DNA from: a virus
Lineage: Duplodnaviria > Caudoviricetes
Virus record (IMG/VR): IMGVR_UViG_3300014166_000003
Location: 1-62,340 of that record
DNA length: 62,340 nucleotides
Reading direction: 5' to 3' (one strand)
Part shown: one piece after another, positions 1 to 8,838 of the stretch
Numbering within the stretch: position 1 is the stretch's first letter
Layout of the letters: the number at the start of each line of letters is the position of its first letter
Made by a program: the position numbers and the translations under genes
Notes under the pieces: generated by a model
Database searches by the model: none
Told to the model about the DNA's origin: nothing
Seen by the model: the letters and a program-made list of their open reading frames with translations, nothing else

Positions 1-470
1 TGCCGTGCAACGTGATCGTCACAGCTCACGTGAAGACGACGAACGATGATACAGGTGCGATCTATCGTGATCCGCTTGTCACCGGCAAAGATCTTCCGGA
101 GCTGATTCCACTGTGGTTCAGTGAAGCATATTACTGCGTCACTGGCTCGTCGGCGAGTGATCCAAAAGACAAGACGATTCAATACCTGTGGCAATTCCGG
201 CCGGATAAGAAGGTGCGCTGGGCGAAGAGCAGAATGCTGCCAGCAAACCATCCGTCACCGACGCTTGCAGGATACGTTGAGACTACGAGCAAGTTCACCA
301 AGTGGAAGGCTGCTGCAGACAATCTCACACCAACAGGTAAAGAGGATGCTGCAACGACGACAGCCGATATGAAAGCTGCCGCCACGTCGGTTGGCATCGA
401 TATGTCGAAGGCAAGTGCAAACGATGCCCCGGCACACGTGATCAACAACGGCAAGGCTGCAGGTGACTAG
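1..470 (+). CDS. AAA-family ATPase (AAA_24/Sak4-like), C-terminal part; 5' truncated by window edge
   Basis: ORF open from window start; IVTAH...PLVTGK...WFSEAYY...AKSR resembles the C-terminal half of phage AAA_24/Sak4-like ATPases; lies next to an SSB-like gene. Confidence 0.6.
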   Translation, partial: PCNVIVTAHVKTTNDDTGAIYRDPLVTGKDLPELIPLWFSEAYYCVTGSSASDPKDKTIQYLWQFRPDKKVRWAKSRMLPANHPSPTLAGYVETTSKFTKWKAAADNLTPTGKEDAATTTADMKAAATSVGIDMSKASANDAPAHVINNGKAAGD

Positions 471-487
471 GGCGGGCGCGAAGAGTT

Positions 488-515
488 TGGCACTCAAACT
501 GTAATACTCAAGCAT
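488..515 (+). promoter_or_regulatory. Phage promoter-like motif TGG-N10-GTAAKASTCAA (copy 1 of 4)
   Basis: TGGCACTCAAACTGTAATACTCAAG; near-identical copies at 37205, 59604 and 60626, each at the start of an intergenic gap or upstream of a gene. Confidence 0.55.
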
Positions 516-664
516 ATCGCATCGAGCCGCAAGGTAACAGCGAAGCGGCTAACAACAAACGAAGCGCAAGTGATAGCAGAACCGAGATAAGTACACGCGG
601 AGTACTGCGCAAGATAACCCAGCCTGCTGGGATACGGGCAACAGCGAAGCAGGCACGGCTTAAT

Positions 665-688
665 ACCACGGAAGGTCACACGGATGTG
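665..688 (+). promoter_or_regulatory. Two tandem CsrA/RsmA-type GGA hairpins in the SSB leader
   Basis: ACC-ACGGAA-GGT (665-676) and CAC-ACGGAT-GTG (677-688). Confidence 0.65.
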
Positions 689-746
689 GAAAGCAAATGT
701 TCAATAACAGAAACGTTCAATAAACCAAGGAAAGGTAACAAGGACC

Positions 747-1133
747 ATGCAAATTCAGCTACCCAAGAATCTCGATGAAGTCAAGGCGGGGTTTGATCCG
801 CTGCCAGAAGGTACGTACAAAGTGCGTGCCACGAAAGCGGATCTCAAAACGAGCGCGAAGGGCAATCCCTATCTCGCAATCACCTTCACTGTCATTGAGA
901 ACGACGCTGCGGAGTACAACAACCGCAAGCTCTTTCACAACGTCACGATCACCGACGAAACGATGGGATTCGTGAAGGAAGTGCTCGAAGCTCTCGGTAC
1001 TCCCTGGGACGGCAATTCGTTCGACACCGAAGACGTGATCGGCAACGAAGCACTCGTCTCGGTCAAAGTTCAGGCACGTGCGGACAATCCCGAACAGATG
1101 CAGAACGTGATCAAAAAGTTCGCTCGCGCCTAA
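747..1133 (+). CDS. DUF669-like single-stranded DNA-binding protein
   Basis: FDPLPEGTYKVR...SAKGNPYL.ITFTV...NRKLFHN...N.IKKF pattern; Shine-Dalgarno upstream. Confidence 0.8.
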   Translation: MQIQLPKNLDEVKAGFDPLPEGTYKVRATKADLKTSAKGNPYLAITFTVIENDAAEYNNRKLFHNVTITDETMGFVKEVLEALGTPWDGNSFDTEDVIGNEALVSVKVQARADNPEQMQNVIKKFARA

Positions 1134-1296
1134 CAGGCGGCTGCGTTCTTCCCGAAGTAGGTGCGGCTAGATTGAAACGGCTGGACTGAAAAAGGCGTCA
1201 GGGCCGCGAATAAATGCTGACGAAAATCAACGCGGACCACTTCACGCTAGACGCTATCTCACAAGAGAGTAAATGCACGATGCGTGCGGTGCGAGA

Positions 1297-1376
1297 GAAG
1301 TACGGCTTTCGTCCAACGGTAGGACGCTATCTCATAAGTGCCGAGATGGAAATGGGAGTTCGAATCTCTCAACTTC
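1297..1376 (+). ncRNA. tRNA-like element (degenerate; Met-type CTCATAA loop)
   Basis: D-arm GTCC-AACGGTA-GGAC, T-arm GGGAG-TTCGAAT-CTCTC and CTCATAA loop; anticodon and acceptor stems are non-canonical, with no adjacent CCA. Confidence 0.45.
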
Positions 1377-1416
1377 GTATGCCGCAGTCCACGGATGGAC
1401 ACAAACCGGCAGATGC

Positions 1417-1454
1417 GGGCAGCTTCACACGGATGTAAGAGCTGCCCATTTCTT
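1417..1454 (+). terminator. Terminator-like hairpin with a GGA loop
   Basis: GGGCAGCT...AGCTGCCC followed by ATTTCTT; loop contains AC-ACGGAT-GT. Confidence 0.5.
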
Positions 1455-1495
1455 ACAACACAGAGACAAAACAAACGATTGGAGTCAGGGAAGAC

Positions 1496-1795
1496 ATGTT
1501 CACATTGAAATTAGGTAGTCGGAAATTTCGGCTGGGACGCGGTCCGGTTGCAGCAACACTCAACGATGTGCTCAAGCATCGCATCGCCACAGCGGAAGAG
1601 CGATATGAGCAAGCAGCTCGCGACCGTGAAACCCAGCTCGATCAGGAAATCGAACTGCATGACCGGGCACTGCAGGCTGTCCAGGTCCAGTATGAAGAGA
1701 ACGTCGATGCGGCTTATCAGCGGCATGACGATGACGTCGTTGAACTGTTGGTGAAGCACGTGGACGAAGTGCTTACCGGAAAGGTCGGTAAATAA
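1496..1795 (+). CDS. Hypothetical coiled-coil protein
   Basis: ORF with SD (GGAG/AGGGAA), tightly packed in the operon. Confidence 0.7.
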   Translation: MFTLKLGSRKFRLGRGPVAATLNDVLKHRIATAEERYEQAARDRETQLDQEIELHDRALQAVQVQYEENVDAAYQRHDDDVVELLVKHVDEVLTGKVGK

Positions 1796-1796
1796 C

Positions 1797-2012
1797 GTGG
1801 GACTTCTGACAATACTCGGAATCATCTTTATCGTTCTGAAACTCGTCGGCGTGATCGTGTGGTCCTGGTGGTTGGTCCTGCTGCCGTTCGGCGCAGAGAT
1901 CATCGCCTGGGCGATTGCAGTGATCGTGTGGGCCATCGTCGGTTCCTATGCGCTGCAAGCGGTCAGCAAAGAGATGGCACAGGCAAACAAAAGAAATCCG
2001 TGGGGGCTGTAG
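1797..2012 (+). CDS. Small membrane protein
   Basis: LTILGIIFIVLKLVGVIVWSWWLVLLP, a common phage transmembrane motif. Confidence 0.75.
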   Translation: MGLLTILGIIFIVLKLVGVIVWSWWLVLLPFGAEIIAWAIAVIVWAIVGSYALQAVSKEMAQANKRNPWGL

Positions 2013-2014
2013 CC

Positions 2015-2344
2015 ATGAGCCTGCAATTCGACATTCTGCAAACAGAACAGAAGGAAACGCAGGAGTCAGCAATCGTGCTGACTTACTTCCTTGAAGTGGT
2101 CAACGTCAAACTGAAGGAACGGCATATCACGATTCATCCGGACGAAGCTTCTGCTCTGTATCAACTCCGGAAGCATGGTCGGTTCGGTCAGCGGCCGAAC
2201 GCAGGTGGTGGAGATCGAGAAGAGAAAATCTTCGATGCACTGCAGGGACCGATCGTGGCTGTGCTCGCAAAGATTGCAGCAACGAAGGTTGAGCCGATCA
2301 TCGCCATCGCGTCAGCAATACCCAGCGGCTTGGTGACTCCGTGA
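2015..2344 (+). CDS. Hypothetical protein
   Basis: ATG directly after the upstream stop; overlaps the next start. Confidence 0.6.
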   Translation: MSLQFDILQTEQKETQESAIVLTYFLEVVNVKLKERHITIHPDEASALYQLRKHGRFGQRPNAGGGDREEKIFDALQGPIVAVLAKIAATKVEPIIAIASAIPSGLVTP

Positions 2345-2559
2345 GCGAACGGACGTTTCATGTGACGGTCCAGTACGGAGCTGGACCACACTTCTTTATC
2401 ACAACCACACGCACGGCATTTGACAACGTGCTCAAGGCAAAAGTGCATGCTGAAGGCGAACAAGCCTCTCGAATGCTCGCATGGAAAAAGAACGGCGGGC
2501 GCGGTGCGAAACCGATCACGCGAGTGATGATGGTGCTGCTGGAAAGGGACAGCCGATGA
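2341..2559 (+). CDS. Hypothetical protein
   Basis: GTGA and ATGA coupling on both sides. Confidence 0.6.
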   Translation: MSERTFHVTVQYGAGPHFFITTTRTAFDNVLKAKVHAEGEQASRMLAWKKNGGRGAKPITRVMMVLLERDSR

Positions 2560-2942
2560 CAGTTAAGGCGCGAATAGACAACCTGCTTGCGTGCGTAGGT
2601 CTCATGCGTACTGATATTCATCAGTCGCGTATGCAGGCACGGGCTGAGCATATGGCATTCGAGAACCGTACGGACCGACAACTTGCGGCACAGAGACAAG
2701 AGAAAGCTGTTGAGGAAGCAGGCCGAATTAAGGATGAGATCCTCTCACAGTGGGGAAGCCTGCAGGTTCGTCGGACGCCAATGAAGGGCTACGTCGTCAT
2801 TCAATATCAAGTGGCCGAAGAGCTGATGCTCATGTATCAGGGCAACGATCAGGATCGAATCGTTGTGCTTGCACAGGCTGTGGGCAAGTACATTGAACGC
2901 GAGCTGCGTCGGACTCGGTTCTTCAACGTGGGGTATCGATGA
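2556..2942 (+). CDS. Hypothetical protein
   Basis: ATGA coupling with neighbours. Confidence 0.6.
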   Translation: MTVKARIDNLLACVGLMRTDIHQSRMQARAEHMAFENRTDRQLAAQRQEKAVEEAGRIKDEILSQWGSLQVRRTPMKGYVVIQYQVAEELMLMYQGNDQDRIVVLAQAVGKYIERELRRTRFFNVGYR

Positions 2943-3169
2943 AAGAAGGGTGGAAGCGGCTTCTAGGAGCAAAGAAGCGACACTTCTTCAATATTGACTA
3001 TCACTCACTGTGCAAACGGTGGATGACTTTCAATCATGTCGACAGCGATGACAACAACGATCACAAGGACAATTGCGTCGAATGTACTAGAAGGCTTCTG
3101 ATCTCGATCACGGAGCCGACGCAAAGTATGCAGGGCGAGCAGCGGAGCATTGATCCGCAACGACCTTGA
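2939..3169 (+). CDS. Hypothetical protein (H...C...CxxC, possible Zn binder)
   Basis: ATGA coupling; HFF...SLC...NCVEC. Confidence 0.55.
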   Translation: MKEGWKRLLGAKKRHFFNIDYHSLCKRWMTFNHVDSDDNNDHKDNCVECTRRLLISITEPTQSMQGEQRSIDPQRP

Positions 3170-3322
3170 CCGTTCCGCATGAACGCATGCCACAAAGGTC
3201 ACAGAGACGGGAAAACATTAGTGCGTTCTTCTATCCCGTAAAGAACGGTAACCGGTAACCAGTCCGGTCGTCCTGCTCCAATTTCCCGCACTTTGGCGGA
3301 TTCAAGGAAGAAACACATAGGC

Positions 3323-6046
3323 ATGGATGCCTTACAACTCACATCACAGCTTGCTGCCGGTATTCCTTCCACATATGGCATATCTCTAGCGAGTCGCCTG
3401 CTTCCGAGCAATGGTCCCACCAATGCAAAGATCGCAATAGTGGGCGACTTCCCTTCCCACCAAGACGAAAAGAAACGCGGATCACTCACGAGCTGGGCGG
3501 GCGTCGAGCTGGACAAGATGCTTAAGAATGTCGGCTTATCTCGTGGCGACGTCTACGTGACCGACTACATCAAGGTGCGTCCGCCGAAGAACAACGTGTT
3601 CGCCATGCAGCCTGGGCCATACGATCCAATGTGGCTGAACATGCTGCGGACCGAGCTGGACGCGGTCAAGCCGAACGTCGTTATCGCGCTAGGCTCTGTC
3701 AAACGGAGGAACGTTCCCCTCAACATCCTGTGTGGTCTGAATCCAGACGGTTCGTCGGCTGACGGATCGGGCAAGCTGCCGAACCTGAGCAGCATGAAGT
3801 ATCGCGGCAGCGTGCTGGAATCGACGTTCATACCTGGGCTCAAGGTCATTCCGACGATCCACCCGCAAGCAATCATTTCACAGTGGTCATGGCGGCAGCT
3901 TGTTGTCGCGGATCTTGAAAAAGCGAAAGCTGAAAGCGAGTTTCCGGATATCCGGAAACGGCCGCGAACGTTTCGCATCCGGCCGAAGTTCCGCGAAGTG
4001 ATCGACTACATACACGACATTCTGCGGTCACGTCGAGAGTACTGCGTCGATATTGAGCTGAAGGCACAGCATATCAGTTGCATCGGAATCGCGAAGTCGG
4101 CCGAAGACGCGCTGTGCATTCCATTCATCGAGCACGGTCAGCCGTATTGGAGCACGTTCGAGGAATACGCCATATGGCGTGCACTTGCGCAGCTCTTCGA
4201 AACCGACATTCCGAAGATCTTCCAGAACGGTCTGTTTGATTGCTTCTGGCTGTGGCTGCATGGGATCAGGGTCAACATGAAGAACATTTGGGACACCATG
4301 TTGATGTTCCACTTGTTGTACGCGGAGCTGCCCAAAGGTCTCGATACGCTGTGCTCGCTGTACACCGATCTACCGTATTACAAGGACGACACCAAGGCGC
4401 ACAAGTTCAACGTGCCGGACGAAGTGCTGTGGCGATACAACCTGAAAGACTGCCTGGGCACACACGAATGCAAACAGCATCTTTACGCCGCACTCAAGGG
4501 TTTCTCCGCTCCGAAAGTCTACCTGCAGAGCATCCGCAACTGGAATGTCTTGGGGCTGTACACCGACGTGATTCAACCCTTGATCGGCGAGCTGCTCACG
4601 ACCGAGCTGCGCGGTGTGAAGATCGATATCGCCAAGCGGGAAGAAGCATCGGAAGAGCTAACCGGCAAGATCGCAGCCGCACAAGAGCGGCTGAATGAGA
4701 TCGCAGGACACGCGCTGAACGTGAATTCTCCGCTGCAGCTCAAGGCATTCTTCTTCAAAGAGTGCGGGATCGAAGAGCAGGTGAACCGGAAGACCGGCAA
4801 GGTGTCGACGTCCGAAGAAATCCTGCTCAAGATGACCGACAGACTGAGTGCGGAACAACGCACACGCGAGGAAGCGGCAGCAAAGGCGACGAAGAAACGG
4901 AAGGCACCGAGCAAGCAGGTTGAGAAATGGGCGCGGGAAGAAACGGCACTGCGGGCAATACCCAATGTGTTGGAGATTCGCGGGCATAAGAAGATCAAGA
5001 AAACGTATCTGCAGGCACAGCTCGATCCGGATGAAAGAATCCGAACAAGCTATAACCCTGCAGGCACCGACTTCGGTCGTCTCGCATCGAGCAAAAGCCC
5101 TTTAGGTAGCGGCGGAAACCTGCAGAACATTCCGCCTGGGATTTGCCGTGAGATCTTTGTGGCTGATTCCTGTGAAAGCTTAGAGGGAGCAGCGCATTGC
5201 TATGACGTGCTGCCGACGATTCCGGTACGAGACAAGAAAGATCCGGACAAGATAAAGGAAGTACCGGCGTGGACGATCGATCCGCTGCATCCGCCGGACG
5301 TCTGTGTCAAAGATAGCTGCATGCTGTGGCTCGCGGGTGACTTGTCGCAGGCTGAAGCACGCATCGTTGCCTACATCGCGCCTGAAGCGAACATGATCGC
5401 AGCGTTTGAGAGTGGGCAGGATATCCACATCTACAACGCTTCGCTGCTCTTCGATCTGCCTTATGAATCGATGCATGGTGAGTCACCGGAACGATTCATC
5501 GCAAAGCATCTGGTGCACGCGTGCAATTACAAAGTCGGTAAGGCGCGATTCGCTGACACGGTGAACATCAAAGCGAGTATGCACGGTGTCAACGTGTTCT
5601 TCACACCGGAACGTGCGGGCGAAGTGATGCAGCTTTACTACACGAAGTTCAGTGGCATTCCTGCGTTCCATGTGTTTGTCGAAGAGCAGATCAAAAAGAG
5701 TCACATGCTGTGGAACCTGTTCGGTCGGCCGCACGTGTTCTTCGATCGTGCCGACGATAACGTCTTCCGCACTGGCTATGCCTGCATTCCACAAGGTACG
5801 GTCGCGGACATGGTCAACATCGGCTACGTGCGCGTGGCAAAACGATTCCCTGTGGTCCTGCAAGTGCATGACTCAATCACAATTCAGGTGAAGCCTAGTC
5901 AGGTGGAAGATGGGATGAAGGTCATGACCGACGCATTCAATATTCCGCTGAACGCACACGGCAAAGAATTCTATATCCCGATGGACTTCAAGATCGGTCC
6001 GTCATGGGAGAACGCACGAAAGATCAAACTGCCAAAGGCAGCATAA
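3323..6046 (+). CDS. polA: Family A DNA polymerase with N-terminal uracil-DNA-glycosylase-like domain and 3'-5' exonuclease
   Basis: UDG4-like motifs (IAIVGDFP, KVRPPKN, VVIALG, TIHP); Exo I/II/III (CVDIE, QNGLFD, YNLKD); GRLASS...NLQNIP; motif A DLSQAEAR; motif B RFIAK...NY; motif C LQVHDS. Confidence 0.93.
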   Translation: MDALQLTSQLAAGIPSTYGISLASRLLPSNGPTNAKIAIVGDFPSHQDEKKRGSLTSWAGVELDKMLKNVGLSRGDVYVTDYIKVRPPKNNVFAMQPGPYDPMWLNMLRTELDAVKPNVVIALGSVKRRNVPLNILCGLNPDGSSADGSGKLPNLSSMKYRGSVLESTFIPGLKVIPTIHPQAIISQWSWRQLVVADLEKAKAESEFPDIRKRPRTFRIRPKFREVIDYIHDILRSRREYCVDIELKAQHISCIGIAKSAEDALCIPFIEHGQPYWSTFEEYAIWRALAQLFETDIPKIFQNGLFDCFWLWLHGIRVNMKNIWDTMLMFHLLYAELPKGLDTLCSLYTDLPYYKDDTKAHKFNVPDEVLWRYNLKDCLGTHECKQHLYAALKGFSAPKVYLQSIRNWNVLGLYTDVIQPLIGELLTTELRGVKIDIAKREEASEELTGKIAAAQERLNEIAGHALNVNSPLQLKAFFFKECGIEEQVNRKTGKVSTSEEILLKMTDRLSAEQRTREEAAAKATKKRKAPSKQVEKWAREETALRAIPNVLEIRGHKKIKKTYLQAQLDPDERIRTSYNPAGTDFGRLASSKSPLGSGGNLQNIPPGICREIFVADSCESLEGAAHCYDVLPTIPVRDKKDPDKIKEVPAWTIDPLHPPDVCVKDSCMLWLAGDLSQAEARIVAYIAPEANMIAAFESGQDIHIYNASLLFDLPYESMHGESPERFIAKHLVHACNYKVGKARFADTVNIKASMHGVNVFFTPERAGEVMQLYYTKFSGIPAFHVFVEEQIKKSHMLWNLFGRPHVFFDRADDNVFRTGYACIPQGTVADMVNIGYVRVAKRFPVVLQVHDSITIQVKPSQVEDGMKVMTDAFNIPLNAHGKEFYIPMDFKIGPSWENARKIKLPKAA

Positions 6047-6069
6047 CAAAGGAAGGGCAAAGAAATCTC

Positions 6070-6441
6070 ATGGAAGAGATACAGCAAGAGCAGCAAGCAG
6101 AACCACGCCGAATGAAACTAGCCTACGTCGCTGGAAAGTACCGCAGCAAGACCGAGTACGGTGTGCACGACAACATTCAACGGGCCGAGAAGGTCGCGCT
6201 GAGATATTGGGCCAGGGGGTATGCCGTGATCTGTCCGCACAAGAACACAGCCTATTTCGGTGGCTTTGCCGGTCTGAACGACAGTGTGTGGCTTGATGGA
6301 GATCTGGAAATGGTTCGTCGTTGCGATGTCGTAATCATGATGCCGGATTGGGAAGACAGCGTCGGCGCGTGCACTGAACTGGCTGTGGCGAAGGCGTACG
6401 GCAAAGAGATCATCTACGATGACTCAGATCTCTATTGGTAG
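6070..6441 (+). CDS. DUF4406/DUF1937-like (nucleoside 2-deoxyribosyltransferase-fold) protein
   Basis: AYVAGKY...ICPH...DLEMVRRCDVVIMMPDWEDSVGACTE. Confidence 0.75.
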   Translation: MEEIQQEQQAEPRRMKLAYVAGKYRSKTEYGVHDNIQRAEKVALRYWARGYAVICPHKNTAYFGGFAGLNDSVWLDGDLEMVRRCDVVIMMPDWEDSVGACTELAVAKAYGKEIIYDDSDLYW

Positions 6442-6530
6442 ACAGTCGGCGAACGAAAGCGGAATCGATAATCTGCCGGACAGGGAAGTCTAAGCAGACA
6501 TAACTTAAACGAAGGAACATCAAGGACGAA

Positions 6531-7886
6531 ATGAGAGAACGATCACTCGGTAACGACAAAACGTGGCTTCAAGGATATATGGAGTACACCAAAGAATACG
6601 AATCCCCAATGCTCTATCACCAATGGGTTGGCTTAATCACGATGGCTGCATCGTTGCGCAACCGAGTCTATTTGACTCGTGGTGCTGCAATCCATCCGAA
6701 CCTGTACGTGGTGCTCGTCGCGGGCACGGCTACCGTACGCAAGAGTACGGCAATCAAACAGGGCACAGACCTGAGCAAACAAGTACCGGCAGTCAGACAC
6801 TATCGTGGCACGATAACCGGACCGTCACTGATTCAGAGCATGCGGTCAGACGTGCCCACAAGCAGCGACAAGCGAGTAGCGAAGAAACCTGCGCAGGAAG
6901 GAACAACGATCAACCTGAACAGCGTGGCAGGCAAAAGAGAAGACAGCCTGTTTCTCGTGAACGATGAGATGTCGACGTTCATGAACGAAGCAACGCGAGA
7001 CAGCTTGGAAAGCAATTTGACGCAGCTATGGACCTGCCAACCTGATTGGGAGTACAAGACAAAGACTCGTGGCAGCGCGTTCCTTGAGAACACATGTCTG
7101 AACATGCTGCTGGGTACGAATCCCCGCTGGCTGTCGAAATCGATTGGCGAAGATTCGTTCGATGGCGGCTTTGCCGGTCGCGTGATCTGGCTGTTTCAGA
7201 GTGAGCCCAGGCAGCGGAATGGCTGGATCAAACATGGTCCAGAGCGCAAAGATCTGGAAGCACGTCTTGTCGAAGATCTCGTGCACATGTCCGAGCACAT
7301 TGCGGGCGAAATGGGCATCGAGGATTCGATCCGCGAAGAATTCAAGCTGTGGGACGAAACACGATCGAGGGATGTGGCAACGTCCAGGATGGTCGGCTAC
7401 AACGAGCGTAAGCCTGAGACGGCGCTAAAGCTGGCAATCCTGCTGAGCATCAGCGAGAGTGATGAGCGGATCGTGCGCGAGCGTCATGTGCGAGCTGCTT
7501 GGGACATGTTGAAGACGATGGAAGCCTATATGCCGTTTGCATTCCGCTATATCGGAACGGAAGACGCGGCTATCGGCGAAGAGATCTTAAACCTGTTGCA
7601 AGAACATCACGGTGAAATGCTGCAGCGTGATCTGCTCAAGAAAGTGAAGAACAGGCTGCGGAACGGTAAGAAGCAGTTTGAGGCGATACTCGATCTGCTC
7701 GACTTCATCGGCGACGTCTCATACAGCTCAAGCGGCACTGATCCGCATGCAATCATCTGCCTGGGAAAGAAGCAGACAGAGCAAGCCAACCAGACAACGG
7801 ACCTGACGCAAAGCTTGATGTATCGAGCGGGCGCGGCCGGTGTATCGGTCGTCGACGAAAACGACGCTGAGATCATCGGTGATTAA
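6531..7886 (+). CDS. DUF3987-like AAA+ protein (putative replicative helicase/primase-associated)
   Basis: PNLYVVLVAGTATVRKST (Walker A-like), LFLVNDEMS (Walker B-like), GGFAGRVIW, C-terminal wHTH-like region. Confidence 0.7.
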   Translation: MRERSLGNDKTWLQGYMEYTKEYESPMLYHQWVGLITMAASLRNRVYLTRGAAIHPNLYVVLVAGTATVRKSTAIKQGTDLSKQVPAVRHYRGTITGPSLIQSMRSDVPTSSDKRVAKKPAQEGTTINLNSVAGKREDSLFLVNDEMSTFMNEATRDSLESNLTQLWTCQPDWEYKTKTRGSAFLENTCLNMLLGTNPRWLSKSIGEDSFDGGFAGRVIWLFQSEPRQRNGWIKHGPERKDLEARLVEDLVHMSEHIAGEMGIEDSIREEFKLWDETRSRDVATSRMVGYNERKPETALKLAILLSISESDERIVRERHVRAAWDMLKTMEAYMPFAFRYIGTEDAAIGEEILNLLQEHHGEMLQRDLLKKVKNRLRNGKKQFEAILDLLDFIGDVSYSSSGTDPHAIICLGKKQTEQANQTTDLTQSLMYRAGAAGVSVVDENDAEIIGD

Positions 7887-7944
7887 TCGAGCGGCCAGGG
7901 TCTAAGAAAGTAGCCTTGGTTTGCGAACAGCGGGCAGGAACCAC

Positions 7945-8202
7945 ATGCGACATATCTCAAAGTATCAACGTGCTTGTGGTTCCTGCAACGTGCCAGTCCC
8001 CGAACAACCTGCCTCTTCTTCCATCCTTACGAACATACAGGCTCAGTCATGGTGCCCAGGCTGCGGTGCGTCACTCTGTGAAGCGTGCTTCCAGACGAGT
8101 GGACCGATGTGCCGAGACTGCTGGACTGATGGTCAAAGAACCAGAAGAAGATCTCAGGATCTCCAGCGACTTGTTAAACAGTTTTCGGATATTTGCGGAT
8201 AG
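7945..8202 (+). CDS. Cys-rich zinc-finger-like protein
   Basis: Four CxxC pairs; start position uncertain. Confidence 0.45.
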   Translation: MRHISKYQRACGSCNVPVPEQPASSSILTNIQAQSWCPGCGASLCEACFQTSGPMCRDCWTDGQRTRRRSQDLQRLVKQFSDICG

Positions 8203-8212
8203 AATTGCGGAT

Positions 8213-8244
8213 ATCACGGCCGTGTGAATTAACACGGCCGTGAT
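8213..8244. terminator. Hairpin between convergent operons
   Basis: ATCACGGCCGTGT-gaatta-ACACGGCCGTGAT, 13-bp perfect stem at the junction of + and - gene blocks. Confidence 0.65.
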
Positions 8245-8246
8245 CG

Positions 8247-8789
8247 TTATTGGTTGGACTGTGCTCGCATCATCATGTCGGTCTTTTTGGCGGAACCGGC
8301 AGATGAACCGAAGTAGTAACTGATGATCGCAATCCAGGCTGTTCCCAGCGAGCCCAGCATTCCGATCAGAATGTCATGTGCGCCTGCTGGAACGGTGTGG
8401 TAGCTCATTAGGGTGAGCAGACCGAAGAAGCCTGCAGTGACGCTTATGGCGAGAATGGCAGGCACTTTGTCCTTGACGGCAATCTCTCGTGCTCGCGCAT
8501 TCGAACGGTCTTGGTCGACCAATTCTTCCATCTTTGCGGCCGAGTCGAAACCGAGCTTCGCCATTTGGATGGAAAAGTCCTGATCAGCTTGTTTCAGTTT
8601 GAGTAGCGCATCGGGATCTTTGGTTGTAGCAAGTGCGACGGCATCGCTAATGTCTTCGGCTTTGCTGGGCGGATCGATGCCGAGTGCTTTGCCGACAGCA
8701 TTAGCTGCCATCGAACCAAGCGGTCCACCGAGACTCGCTGCGGCTGATAAAAAGGGGAACGCTGTTTTGAAAATGTCTTTGAAACCCAT
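8247..8789 (-). CDS. Putative holin-like membrane protein
   Basis: DQDRSNARARE followed by two TM segments and YYFGSSAGS, typical of phage holin-like proteins; last gene of the late operon. Confidence 0.65.
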   Translation of the reverse strand: MGFKDIFKTAFPFLSAAASLGGPLGSMAANAVGKALGIDPPSKAEDISDAVALATTKDPDALLKLKQADQDFSIQMAKLGFDSAAKMEELVDQDRSNARAREIAVKDKVPAILAISVTAGFFGLLTLMSYHTVPAGAHDILIGMLGSLGTAWIAIISYYFGSSAGSAKKTDMMMRAQSNQ

Positions 8790-8838
8790 ACCCTTACTTT
8801 GACTTCGGCAAGGGTATGGAATTTATGGCTATGGAAGG

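Noticed and set aside
617-654. HDV-like/theta ribozyme suggested by GCGAA before a closing stem
   Set aside because: I could not build the P1/P3/P1.1 nested double pseudoknot.
1297-1376. Functional tRNA-Met gene
   Set aside because: Acceptor and anticodon stems are non-canonical; reported only as tRNA-like.
5165-5325. Cys-initiated insertion in PolA as a mini-intein
   Set aside because: Only about 50 aa, with no terminal His-Asn or block B motif.
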